Shown: piece by piece, positions 1 through 15,306 of the stretch | Layout of the letters: every line of letters begins with the position of its first letter | How positions within the stretch are numbered: position 1 is the first letter of the stretch | From: the human T2T-CHM13v2.0 reference genome, Homo sapiens | Direction: 5' to 3' (one strand) | Assembly: GCF_009914755.1 (NCBI RefSeq) | Contig: NC_060947.1 | DNA: 64,000 bases | The notes under the pieces: model-generated | What the model saw: the letters and a program-made list of their open reading frames with translations, nothing else | Database searches by the model: none | What the model was told of the DNA's origin: nothing | Position numbers and translations under genes: made by a program

Positions 1-2170
1 CCCTCACACAGCCCACACCACACACACACCACACACACCACACACACCCCACACACCACACACACCCCACATGAACACACACACCACACACAATCCCACA
101 TGAACACACACAGACACCACACACAACCCCCACTTGAACACACCACACCACACCCATGAAAACACACCCCGCACAACCCACACACCACACATGAACACAA
201 ATACACCACACACTAACACACATCACACACCACACACACGACACATGAACACATACACAACACACACCCTACACATGAACAAACACATTACACAACCCCC
301 ACACATGAACACACATACCCCACACCACACAAACCATACATACACCACACATACCCCACATGGACACACATACCCCACATGAGCACACACACCCCACATG
401 AACACACACACCAAATACACCTCACGTGAATACATACACCCCACACACCCCACACACCCCCACATGAACACACACATGAACACACACACCACAATGAACA
501 CACACATTACGCATGAATACACACATCACACATGAACACACACCACATACACATCACACAAGAATACAAACACACCACACACAACACACACCACATACAC
601 ATCACACAAGAATACAAACACACCACACACAACACATGAACACACACACCACACACCCCACGCTCACCCCATATGAACACACACAACACACAAACACCAC
701 ACATGAACACACACATCACACACGCACCCATAGCACACACACTACCCACCCCCCACATGAACACACACACACCACATACCTCACACGCCCCACATGAACA
801 CATACACCCTACACATGAACTCACACACCACACATGAACACACACACCACACAGACCACACACAGCACACACCACGTACATCCCACACATGAACACATGC
901 CACACACCTCACATGAACACACACTACACACATCACACATGAACACACACCACATATGAACACACACACATCACACACACCACACATGAACACACACCAT
1001 ACACCACATACCACATGGACCACACACATGAACACACACCCCACACACCCCACATAAATACACCACACATGAACACACACACAGCACACATGAACACATA
1101 CACACTACATACACTCCCCACATGAACACACACACCCCCATATGAACACACATACCATATACCTCACATACCCCACATGAACACACCCTCCACATAGTCC
1201 CATATGAACACACACACCCTACACATGAACACGCACACACCACACATGAACACACACCCTGCACACCACACATGAACACATACACCCCACATGCCACACA
1301 TGAACACACACCACACACAGTTCCCTGCATGAACACACACACCACACACACCTCACTTGAACACACACACCACATACACCACACACGAAAACACACCCCA
1401 CACAACCCACACCACACATGAACACAAATACACCACACACAAACACACACATCACATAGACCACACACACACCCCCACACACCACACATGAAGACACACA
1501 CCCTACACATGAACACACATATCACACAACCTCCACACATGAACACACACACCCCACATGAACACATACACTACACACACCCCACATGCATCCCCACATG
1601 AAAACACACAACACACATGGAAAACACTCCACACAGCCAACACACACCACACATGAACACAAACACACCACATGTGAACACACATCACACCCCACACACA
1701 CCACACAGACCACACACACCCTACACACACTACACATGAACACACACAGACACACCCTACTCATGAACACACACATTACACAACCCCACACATGAAAACT
1801 CACACGCCCCACAGCCTGCACCCCCTATACAGCCCACACCACACACACACCACACACCCCACATACACCACACACACCCCACATGAACACACAAACCACA
1901 CATGAACACACACACCACACATGAATACACACACCACACATGAACACACAGATCACACACACACCACACATGAACACACACCACACACCCCACATGAACA
2001 CACACACACGATATATGAACAAACACACCACAACCACACCCACACATGAACACATGCACCACACATGAACACAGCACACACATGAACACACACCACACAC
2101 CACACAGACCCCCCACGTGAATACACACACACCAGACACACCACACACACACACACAGGCACACATGCAC
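1..2170. repeat. CA-rich degenerate minisatellite (core CACACATGAACACAC), probably continuing past the left edge
   Basis: Continuous low-complexity C/A tract with recurring cacatgaacac. Internal duplications are visible, e.g. about 133-207 vs 1356-1433 and a tandem ~41-bp duplication at about 543-635. Confidence 0.95.
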
Positions 2171-2885
2171 CCCATGCCAGGGGCAGACTGACACGAGAGT
2201 AGCATCTGGAGCCTGGAGTCCATTTCTCTCCCCTTATAAGGCATTCACTCCCTCAACGCTCTCCCAGCATGATGGCGGAAGTGAGAGACCGAACCCAGAG
2301 GAGAAGGCTGTCAAGGCGAGGTCTGCGCCCTGGCAGAGGCTGCCCACAGGGGGAAAGGTGGTGCTGTACCTGGTTGACTTCCAGTCCAATGTCTTGCTCA
2401 TCCCCCCGCTCACCATGGGTTCTTCCATGCCAGCAGCCCAGGCTGAACCCCTCAGCGTCATCCAGAAACCCCCACCCCACCAGGCACCTCGCTCATTACT
2501 CATGAACTCCTGCTATCTGGGCCCCTCAGCAGCCCCCAACCCATCCACCACTCCTCTCCACACTGCCTGCCACCTCCTCAGACCAGGCCCGTAGCCCCAC
2601 TCACTCGCACGCAGGAGGAGCACAGCAAATACTCCTTGAATCAATAACTGAGAAGCAGAGAGAGACCACCATGAGCCAACTAGCAAGGAAAGCAGGAGAG
2701 AGAGGGCAGGCTTGCTAGGGAAGGCCGAGCACCACAGAAAAGTTCAGGGCAGCATTGTGTCCACCCCACATCGCAGCACCTAGAATGCCACCATGAACAT
2801 CACCCCAGACCCAGGACTGTGAAAGACGGGCTGATGAAGGAACTGGTGGGTGGCAGAACAATTTCCCCAAAATGGGGTCATCCAG

Positions 2886-3185
2886 TGTGCTCAGTGAAAG
2901 AAGCCAGACACAAAAGGCCGCATATTGTGATTCTATTTGTATGATATGTCCAGAAGAGACCAATCCACAGAGATGGAAACAAATAAGTCGTTGCCAAGGG
3001 CTGGGGCTGGGAGGAGTGGGGAGTGACTGCCGATGTGGACAGGGTCTCCTTTAGGGTGACAGAAACGTTCTGGGGGTAGATAGTAGTGATGGTTGCACAA
3101 CTCTGTGAACATATTAAATACCACTGAATTGTGCACTTGGAAAAGATGAATTTTGTGGTATGTATATGACCCATCTCAACAAAAA
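2886..3185 (+). mobile_element. Old L1 (L1M-type) 3' end fragment
   Basis: Typical L1M 3' UTR motifs: gtgaaagaagccagacacaaaaggcc...gatggttgcacaactctgtgaa...ccactgaattgtgcactt. Confidence 0.8.
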
Positions 3186-3256
3186 TGGGATCATTATATG
3201 TCTATACATTGTGTTTAATCAAAAGTAGTATACTCATCTTATTTGTTAACACTGAG

Positions 3257-3560
3257 GGCCTGGTGTGGTAGCTCACATCTGTAATCCCAGCACCTAGGGA
3301 GGCAGAGGTGGGAGGATAACTTGAGCCAAGGAGTTTGAGACCAGCCTGGGCAACATAGTGAGACCCTTGTCTCTACAAAAAATACAAAAATGAGCTGGGC
3401 ACGGTGGCATGCACCTGCAGATCCAGCTACTCAGCAGGTTGAGGTGGGAGGATCACTTGAGCCCAGGAGGTCAAGGTTGCAGTGAGCCGTGGTTGCACCA
3501 CTGCACTCCAGCCTGGGCAACAGAGTGAGACCCCAGCTCAAAAAATTTTAAAAAGAAAAC
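3257..3560 (+). mobile_element. Alu (AluJ-like)
   Basis: Dimeric Alu with tgtaatcccagca, an A-rich linker, ttgagcccaggaggtcaagg and an A tail. Confidence 0.92.
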
Positions 3561-3711
3561 AAACTGAAATAAAGCTGAAAGGATTGTTGAACTTGTAATA
3601 AATGTTTCTTCACAAGTATTAGTTCCCAAAAAAAAAATCCCACTAAAGGAATAAAACTATGAAAAATGCTAAGCTATTTGAAATATTCTGTTTATAATAA
3701 TTGCATGTTCT

Positions 3712-4046
<335 letters not shown>

Positions 4047-4379
4047 CTAACACAGTGCCTGACGATTCCTTGCTGTAACAGATGAAGACATCTCTCCTCA
4101 GCCTCAGTCCTTCACCTGGGATCTTTGTTAATTTTCTAATGTCAAGGTTTCTCACCTTTAAATTCTATAGGAGGCACCAATGCGTAATTCCACACTTGTT
4201 TAATATTTGATCTGTATATAAATGGATTCAATGTTCGCAATTGTTCCTGCATTTCTGAGTTCTTTTTTTATTACATCTTTTAATTGGCTCAATTTTATTG
4301 TCCTTTTTGTTTTTTGGATGGCTATAACATTATTGAAGCAAACCGAAGTTTGTAAACTTCAGACAAACTTCGAAGTTGG

Positions 4380-5000
4380 TAAACCTTGCCCCACTGTCTT
4401 CTGGCATTAAGAACTGATCTAGAGAAGTCTAAAGCCAACATGATTCTTTCCAAGTCTGTTTTATTTGGTTTATTTGTGCTGTTTTTCAGGAATATCATGC
4501 TATGTACGCAGTGTCTATTTTTCTATCTTCCATAGTCTCTCTTCCGCTTTGTGTCATGTGACTTCTTCAAGTCTTGCCACGAAGTCCCCAGATGACCAGT
4601 ATGTCTGTGGTTTAGTTTCCTGAAATTGTCATTGCTTTGCATGGGATTTTCATCCTGGTAATATTTTTATTCTTTTCTTCCATTCTTTTCCCTGAGCTCT
4701 GCGACCTTCATTTTATTTCCTTCTGTTTTCTTGTCATCTCTTCTCTGAGCACTGCATCTCTCCTTTAAGCTGTGTCTTTTGTTCTGAGAGTCATGTTTTC
4801 AGGACTTTCTCTGAGTCTATGGAGCATTTTTTTTTTTTGTCTGGGGGCTTTCTGCGTTTTCTCGTAATTCCTCCTTGTGGTTTTCATCTGCTCTTAGCTC
4901 TCCCTTCCACCTATTGTTTTTGCCGTTGTCGCTGTTGCCAACGTATGTGTACAACCCGCATTGGTTTGCAAAGGCACTGGATTTCACCAGCATCTTCCCA
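4380..5000 (-). mobile_element. Probable highly decayed L1/HAL1 ORF1-region fragment
   Basis: T-rich plus strand and an A-rich, Lys/Glu-codon-rich minus strand resembling old L1 ORF1. Judged by composition only. Confidence 0.35.
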
Positions 5001-6676
5001 TCGTCTCCCTCGTCCGCATCATCTGACCGGGATGTTCTGCCACACCAGTGGCCTGTGGCCTTCAATTTCATTAATCTAGTCAGAGATTTGTTTTCAAGTG
5101 TTCTATTACTTTGGGGACAGTGACCCTTAGCTTGGGGGCGATCTGATTTCTGCCTCAGTTCTGAGGAGGCATTGCCGGCTCGGCTCGGCTTGTTCTCTAC
5201 TCCCTGTCCAGACTTAGCAATGTGCGGCTGGGCCTCTGGCTAATTTGTGGTCTGAGATTGTAGCAGTTTTCAATGGTATTTTTCTCTTTGAAGTTGTATT
5301 TGAAGCAAGGCCAGCCCATCATTTTTCTGTATAACTAAAAAAGAAAAGTGCCAAGACCATGAAGGAATGTTGTTTCTTTAGTCTGTATCTTTTGCAAGCA
5401 GATAACATCATAGGCCATGCCCATATATAATATATAGTGCTCAGCTCCATCTGTTCCCAGACCATGTCAGTCACTGGGAGGCAAACTTCCAGGAGCTCTG
5501 GACTGGGGAGGGGGCATCTGTAGCTCCTGCTTGAAGGCTACTCCAGGCCAGGAAGACCCAGCCTATCTCAGCTGGCAAGATGAGGCTTTTCAGGCAACTC
5601 TGGACTGTTTCTTAAACTGTGACCTGGGACATTGGATCAAGGACCTTCAATCCACTTGGGAAAACGTTAAAGAGGATGTGGCCTGGAGTAACTCCTGAAA
5701 GGCCAAGGCAGTGAGGTCCGCAGGCAAGGAGAGCGGGTGCCCTGACTGCAAGCATCTCTCAGGAGTCCCAGGAGGACAGAGCAGAGCAGGGAGGGTGAGG
5801 AGTCCCAGGCTGGGAGAGGGGGCCAGGCCGGGTAGGCCAGGGCAGGAGGGCCCTGCAGGTAGAGTGGATGAAGGTGCTCTGGGAACAAGCTTGACTCCAG
5901 CCCAGGCCTGTGGTGTGCTGGTTAAGGTTTAGTCCCAAGAAGAACTCCCACCTGTGGGATCACAGTCATCACAGAGCCGAGGTGGAGCACCTCAAACCTT
6001 CACAACCAGGGACCAGCAGGAGTCATGCCCACCCCATGCCGGAAGAAGTGGAAAGCAGGGGTGTGGTGGGGGCAGCAGATGAAGGCCCCGGAGGGTCTGC
6101 TATGGCTCCCGGCCTACCACAACCTCCTGGGCGTTTAAAGGAAAAACAGCTTCGGCTTCATTTCTTCTTTCCAAATCTCAAGCAAATTTCTCCTGTGCCC
6201 AACCCTAACCTGAGACCATAAAGGACAGGGCATTCTGAGAAGACTTGTGCCACTGCAGCCCAGGGGATGCCGCACAATTGACCCTTGCTGGCCCCTCTGT
6301 ATGTGCAGCTGGGGACATCAGCCTTCTTCAGAGGTTCCCCAAGCCCCCACACCCTGCTTTGCCAGGTGTGCCACCTGCACTGCTCAGCCGAACCTAATGC
6401 CCCTCTACCCAAAGAGGATCCAGAGTTCCTGGGGAGCCACTGAGCGGGGAGCGGCCCATGCCCAGGCCATTGGGAGCAAAGCCAGCAAGACAGCTGTGCA
6501 CTTACACAACGATTCTGGGGCCTGTCCTGCCTGGGAGCAGGGCTTTGGCAGCTTCTCCAGCCCCAAACCTTCAAAAGACATGGAGACATGGGCTTTGGGT
6601 CCTACAAGGTGCCCAGTGAGGCGACAGGAGGCTGCCAGGCTCAGCCACGGCTCACCAAGCATTTCCTTCCTGGCCA

Positions 6677-6706
6677 CCCTGAGCCCTGAGCCCTGAGCCC
6701 TGAGCC
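6677..6706. repeat. (CCCTGAG)4 short tandem repeat
   Basis: ccctgagccctgagccctgagccctgagcc read directly. Confidence 0.85.
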
Positions 6707-7521
6707 CCTGCTCACCCAGAAATCTTTGGCTCCCTGGGTAGATGGCTGCCAGGAGGGTCTCTGTAGCCCTTCTCCAGTGGACTTGTACCCCAAAGCCCAG
6801 GGTGGCCTCTCAGTAATACTCAGGCTTCCACACCAAATCCCTCTGGAGGAGCTGCTCGAGGCCAGTTCCCGAATGCCCCAAGAAGCAGGCACCAAGTCAC
6901 TCACCAAGCAGTCTCTCCACAGCGGGGACCCAATGCCCCTCTGCTGAATACCATCTCCCCCTCCACAGACAGGAGCCGGGCAGAGTGTACTGGGCTTTGA
7001 GGGAGGCTGTCCACTGTGCAGCAAGGTGCTTTACCCTCTCTAAGCTGTGGCCCTTGGCCTGCGTCAGCTCTGGGACCTGACACTCGCACTCGCGGTGGAC
7101 AGGGTGGGTGGGTGGGGTGCAGGGGCTGCAGGCGGGTGCAGGAAGGGGCCAGGCCAACATGCATTTGGACCTCAAGTCTAGACGGGGAGCACAGCATGGA
7201 GACTGAGAAGGAAATGTGAATGGTGCCATCGAGGCCTGTGGAGAAAGCTCTCACTTCGTCCCTCAAAGCTTCTGGTGTTTTACTCATGTCCCAGAAGCTT
7301 CGGGCAGGGGCAGCAGGGTGGGGAATTGGTGACAGAGCACCCCCCAGCAGCCAGCCTGCTGTGCCCCCCAGTTGGCTGAGCTTTGCAAGGGAGGCATGCC
7401 GCCCTGGGCTGGAGGTGGCCCTCATGCCCTTGCTGTGGTTGGTGGGCGAGAGGGAAGCCACTGGAAGTCTCCAGCTCCTGTCAGAGAAGATGAGACCAGC
7501 TGAGAGAAAAGCCGCCCTGCC

Positions 7522-10500
7522 CAACACACACTGCAAAGCATGCACACTCACACACCACACACACTCACACACCACACACACACCACACACACCATGCATA
7601 CCACACACACTCACACACCACACACACCATGCACACCACACACACTCACACACCACACACACCATGCACACCACGCACACACACCACACACCATGCACAC
7701 CACGCACACTCACACACCACACACACCATGCACACCACGCACACTCACACACCACACACCATGCACACCACGCACTCACACACCACACACACCATGCACA
7801 CCACGCACACTCACACACCATGCACACCACGCACACACACACCACACACACCACACATACACACCACACACACCATGCACACCACACACACTCACACACC
7901 ACACACCATGCACACCACGCACACTCACACCACACACACACCATGCACACCATGCACACTCACACACCACGCACACCATGCACACCACACACACACACCA
8001 CACACACACACCACACACACCATGCACACAACACACACTCACACACACCATGCACACCATGCACACACAACACACACCATGCACACCACACACACTCACA
8101 CACCACACACACCATGCACACCACACACACACCACACACACCATGCACACCACGCACACACACCACACACCATGCACACCACGCACTCACACACCACACA
8201 CACCACGCACACTCACACACCACGCACACCATGCACACCACGCACACACACACCACACACACCATGCACACCACGCACACTCACACACCATGCACACCGC
8301 GCACACACACACCACACACACCATGCACACCACGCACACCATGCACACCACGCACACTCACACACCACACACACCATGCACACCACGCACTCACACACCA
8401 CACACCATGCACACCACGCACACTCACACACCACACACACCATGCACACCACGCACACTCACACACCACACACACCATGCACACCACGCACACACACACC
8501 ACACACACCACACATACCACACACACCATGCACACCACACACACTCACACACCACGCACACCATGCACACCATGCACACTCACACACCACACACACCATG
8601 CACACCACGCACGCTCACACACCACACACACCATGCACACCATGCACACTCACACACCACGCACACCATGCACACCACACACACACCACACACACACCAC
8701 ACACACCATGCACACAACACACACTCACACACACCATGCACACCATGCACACACACCACACACCATGCACACCACACACACACCACACACCATGCACACC
8801 ACACACACACCACACACACCATGCACACCACGCACACACACCACACACCATGCACACCATGCACACTCACACACCACACACACCACGCACACCACGCACA
8901 CCACACACACACACACCACACACAACATGCACACCACGCACACACACACCACACACAACATGCACACCACGCACACTCACACCACACACACCATGCACAC
9001 CACGCACACACACCACACACACACCATGCACACCACGCACACATACCACACACACACCATGCACACCACGCACACACACACCACACACACACCATGCACA
9101 CACACACCACACATACACACCACACACACCATGCACACCACACACACTCACACACCATGCACACCACGCACACCATGCACACTCGCACACCACACACACC
9201 ATGCACACCACGCACACACACACCACACACACCACGCACACTCACACACCATGCACACCATGCACACACACACCACGTACACCATGCACACCACACACAC
9301 ACCACACATACTCACACACCACACACACCATGCACACCACACACACACCACACATACACACCATGCACACCATGCACACCACACACACTCACACACACCA
9401 TGCACACCATGCACACACACCACACACACCATGCACACCACACACACTCACACACCACACACACCATGCACACCACACACACACCACACACCACACACAC
9501 CATGCACACCATGCACACACACCACACACCATGCACACCACGCACACTCACACACCACACACACCATGCACACCACGCACACTCACACACCATGCACACC
9601 ATGCACACCACGCACACTCACACACCACACACACCATGCACACCATGCACACTCACACACCACGCACACCATTTACACCACACACACTCACACACCACGC
9701 ACACCATGCCCACCACACACACTCACACACCATGCACACCACACACACCACACACACCATGCACACCATGCACACACACCACACACACCATGCACACCAC
9801 GCACACTCACACACCACACACCATGCACACCACGCACACTCACACACCACACACACCATGCACACCACGCACACTCACACACCACACACACCATGCACAC
9901 CACGCACTCACACACCACACACCATGCACACCACGCACACTCACACACCACACACACCATGCACACCACGCACACTCACACACCACACACCATGCACACA
10001 CACACCACACACACCACACATACCACACACACCATGCACACCACACACACTCACACACCACGCACACCATGCACACCATGCACACTCACACACCACACAC
10101 ACCATGCACACCACGCACACTCACACACCACACACACCATGCACACCATGCACACTCACACACCACGCACGCCATGCACACCACACACACACACCACACA
10201 CACACCACACATACACACCACACACACCATGCACACAACACACACTCACACACACCATGCACACCATGCACACCATGCACACCACACACACACCACACAC
10301 CATGCACACCACACACACACCACACACCATGCACACCACGCACACACACCACACACCATGCACACCATGCACACTCACACACCACACACACCACGCACAC
10401 CATGCACACCACACACACACACACCACACACAACATGCACACCATGCACACACACACCACACACAACATGCACACCACGCACACTCACACACCACACACA

Positions 10501-13500
10501 CACCATGCACACCACGCACACACACCACACACACACCATGCACACCACGCACACACACCACACACACACCATGCACACCACGCACACACACACACCACAC
10601 ACACACCACGCACACACACACCACACATACACACCACACACACCATGCACACCACACACACTCACACACCATGCACACCACGCACACCATGCACACTCAC
10701 ACACCACACACACCATGCACACCATGCACACACACACCACACACACCATGCACACCACGCACACTCACACACCATGCACACCATGCACACTCACACACCA
10801 CGTACACCATGCACACCACACACACACCACACATACTCACACACCACACACACCATGCACACCACACACACACCACACATACACACCATGCACACCATGC
10901 ACACCACACACACTCACACACCACACACACCATGCACACCACGCACACTCACACACCACACACACACCATGCACACCATGCACACTCACACACCACGCAC
11001 ACCATGCACACCACACACACACACACCACACATACACACCACACACACCATGCACACAACACACACACACACCATGCACACCATGCACACACAACACACA
11101 CCATGCACACCACACACACTCACACACCACACACACCATGCACACCACACACACACCATGCACACCACACACACACACCACACACCATGCACACCACGCA
11201 CTCACACACCACACACACCACGCACACTCACACACCACGCACACCATGCACACCACGCACACACACACCACACACACCATGCACACCACGCACACTCACA
11301 CACCATGCACACCGCGCACACTCACACACCACGCACACTCACACACCACACACACCATGCACACCACGCACACTCACACACCACACACACCATGCACACC
11401 ACACACACACACCACACACCATGCACACCACGCACACTCACACACCACACACACCATGCACACCACGCACACTCACACACCACACACACCATGCACACCA
11501 CGCACACACACACCACACACACCACACATACCACACATACCACACACACCATGCACACCACACACACTCGCACACCATGCACACCATGCACACTCACACA
11601 CCACACACACCATGCACACCACGCACACTCACACACCACACACCATGCACACCACGCACACTCACACACCACACACACCATGCACACCACGCACACTCAC
11701 ACACCACACACACCATGCACACCACGCACTCACACACCACACACCATGCACACCACGCACACTCACACACCACACACACCATGCACACCACGCACACTCA
11801 CACACCACACACCATGCACACCACGCACACACACACCACACACACCACACATACCACACACACCATGCACACCACACACACTCACACACCACGCACACCA
11901 TGCACACCATGCACACTCACACACCACACACACCATGCACACCACGCACACTCACACACCACACACACCATGCACACCATGCACACTCACACACCACGCA
12001 CGCCATGCACACCACACACACACACCACACACACACCACACATACACACCACACACACCATGCACACAACACACACTCACACACACCATGCACACCATGC
12101 ACACCATGCACACCACACACACACCACACACCATGCACACCACACACACACCACACACCATGCACACCACGCACACACACCACACACCATGCACACCATG
12201 CACACTCACACACCACACACACCACGCACACCATGCACACCACACACACACACACCACACACAACATGCACACCATGCACACACACACCACACACAACAT
12301 GCACACCACGCACACTCACACACCACACACACACCATGCACACCACGCACACACACCACACACACACCATGCACACCACGCACACACACCACACACACAC
12401 CATGCACACCACGCACACACACACACCACACACACACCACGCACACACACACCACACATACACACCACACACACCATGCACACCACACACACTCACACAC
12501 CATGCACACCACGCACACCATGCACACTCACACACCACACACACCATGCACACCATGCACACACACACCACACACACCATGCACACCACGCACACTCACA
12601 CACCATGCACACCATGCACACTCACACACCACGTACACCATGCACACCACACACACACCACACATACTCACACACCACACACACCATGCACACCACACAC
12701 ACACCACACATACACACCATGCACACCATGCACACCACACACACACACACCATGCACACCATGCACACACACCACACACACCATGCACACCACACACACT
12801 CACACACCACACACACCATACACACCACACACCATGCACACCATGCACACCATGCACACACACCACACACCATGCACACCACGCACACTCACACACCACA
12901 CACACCATGCACACCACGCACACTCACACACCACGCACACCATGCACACCATGCACACTCACACACCACACACACCATGCACACCATGCACACTCACACA
13001 CCATGCACACCATTTACACCACACACACTCACACACCACGCACACCATGCCCACCACACACACTCACACACCATGCACACCACACACACCACGCACACCA
13101 TGCACACCATGCACACACACCACACACACCACGCACACCACACACACACCACACACCATGCACACCACACACACCACACACACCATGCACACCACGCACA
13201 CACCACACACCATGCACACCACGCACACACCACGCACACCATGCACACCACGCACACTCACACACCATGCACACCATGCACACTCACACACCACGCACAC
13301 CATGCACACCATGCACACTCACACACCACGCACACCATTTACACCACACACACTCACACCACACACACCACACATACACACCACACACACTATGCACACC
13401 ACACACACTCACCACACACACCATGCACACCACACACACACCACACTCACCATGCACACCATGCACACACACCACACACACCATGCACACCACACACACA

Positions 13501-13790
13501 CCACACACACCATGCACACCACACACACACACCACACACACACCATGCACACCACATGCACTCACACACCACACACACTCACACACCATGCACACCATGC
13601 ACACCACACACACCATGCACACCACACTCGCACACCATGCACTCACACACCATGCACACTCACACACCACACACTCACACACCATGCACACCACACACAC
13701 CATGCACACCACACACTCGCACACCATGCACTCACACACCACGCACACTCGCACACCACACACACTCACACACCATGCACACTCACACAG
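7522..13790. repeat. ~6.3-kb CA-rich minisatellite (modules caccatgca, caccacgca, cactcaca, caccacaca) with higher-order duplications
   Basis: Uninterrupted array. Identical minus-strand ORF translations recur at an offset of 1831 bp (10086-10484 vs 11917-12315; 10121-10696 vs 11952-12527; 10375-10764 vs 12206-12595). Confidence 0.97.
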
Positions 13791-15306
13791 CACAGCCACT
13801 CCTACACCCCCACCCCCACCACTGAAGCATTGCCAGACGCCCCCTTCCCATTGACTGGTGCCACCTAGCTGGCAGCAGTGTCTGTGGGAAGGACCCAACT
13901 CTAACTGGGGCTGGGAAGCCTTCTCCAGCAGGGCTTACACTGGATTGGGGGCTCCCCAAGGCCCTCACCTTCAGCTCCGAGAGCTTCCCCCAGACCTGCC
14001 CACCCAAAGGGCCTCAGCACCGGCACCCTGCCTCCACCAGGTCACAGGTGGGCAGCAGCTCTGCAGTCCATGGTGGACATGGAGTGTCTATGGCCCTTCC
14101 AGGGCAGTGGCAGAGGAAAGTGGGAGGGAGCCAGAGACGTTGAGTTGCTTTCTTTCCTCTGAAACGGAGAACTCGGGCACGGGTGGAGCCCCAGACCTGA
14201 AAACGGAGAACTCACCATTGGCTGTGTTGCTACATGCAGGCCACCCCCAGACTTACTCACTGGCTGACCACTCTCTGGGGCTCATGGAACACGATGGCCC
14301 CAGTTGGGACGTGTGAGGAGCTTCTTCATTTGAAGAGAGTTGGGGGCTTGGTCACGTGGGACTGCCCAGGAGGGGCTGTGAATGTCAGTGCGAGTGTGCT
14401 CGGATAGGGTCAGCCTGAGCCAGTAGAGTCACCTACAAAAACTCCCCGAGGAACCGCTGCCCCCCGCCCCTGTCTGGCCATGCCCAACACAGGGGTGAGC
14501 AAGACACACCCCTGCCCTCCAGCTGCTCCCACCTAGGGGATACTTTGAGCTGGTGCTGAGGATTTAGCAGAGTTGAGGGAAGGCAGCTGCCTCGAAAGGA
14601 CCACATGGCGGCCAAGAGAGCGGGCAGCATGCGCCAGTCAGTGACCAGCTTGCACCGGGACAGCCTGTAGCTCTCTCAGGCACAGTGAGGACTACTCATC
14701 TGGCTCCTAGAGGCTTATGGAAAGGGCAGGAGACCAGGAACCGGGTTTGGAACGCTGGAATTTCCCCAGGGATTCCAAAACCAGAGCATAGGCCAAGAGC
14801 AGGGGCAGGCCAGCCAGCATGCTGCCGCCACCACCTGGGTCCAGGCCTCCAGCCACCCCTGTCCAGGCACCTCAGGTTCAGATTCAGAGACCCAGGACAA
14901 GGCATTTGATTAGCCAAGCCCAAGTCACATGCCCACCCCATAGCTGGGCCCAGGCAGAAAGAAAAGAGCTGGTCCCTGTGCGTTTAATGGTGTGACAGGG
15001 CCCTACTTGCCACCAAAATTGCAAACAGTGAGGGATTCTCTCAAAATCCCTAAGAGAACTAAGAGGAAGGGCTGCTGCATTCTGGGTAGCCAGCAACAGC
15101 GGGTCCAGAAGAACTGCCAGGCCTACGGCACTATCCCATGATTGGTCTGGGGAGGGCTGGAGAACCGGGCTAGGAGGCTTTGCAGAGAGGAACGAGGTTC
15201 CAAATCCCAGGAGTGCTGAGCAGGGGAGGCCTCCCCTGTGGCTCCCACCCACAACTGAGTGGGCACAGACACTGTGGGACTCAGGGTGCTGCCATGAGAA
15301 CCATGG

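Noticed and set aside
2230-2600. TATA-like tataagg followed by ATGATGGCGGAAGT and short ORFs
   Set aside because: No recognisable protein family, CpG island or exon chain supports a gene call.
7220-13868. Three >2000-aa His/Thr/Pro-rich ORFs in all plus frames
   Set aside because: The CA-rich strand lacks TAA/TAG/TGA by composition, so every frame is open. There is no frame preference and unit lengths are not multiples of 3.
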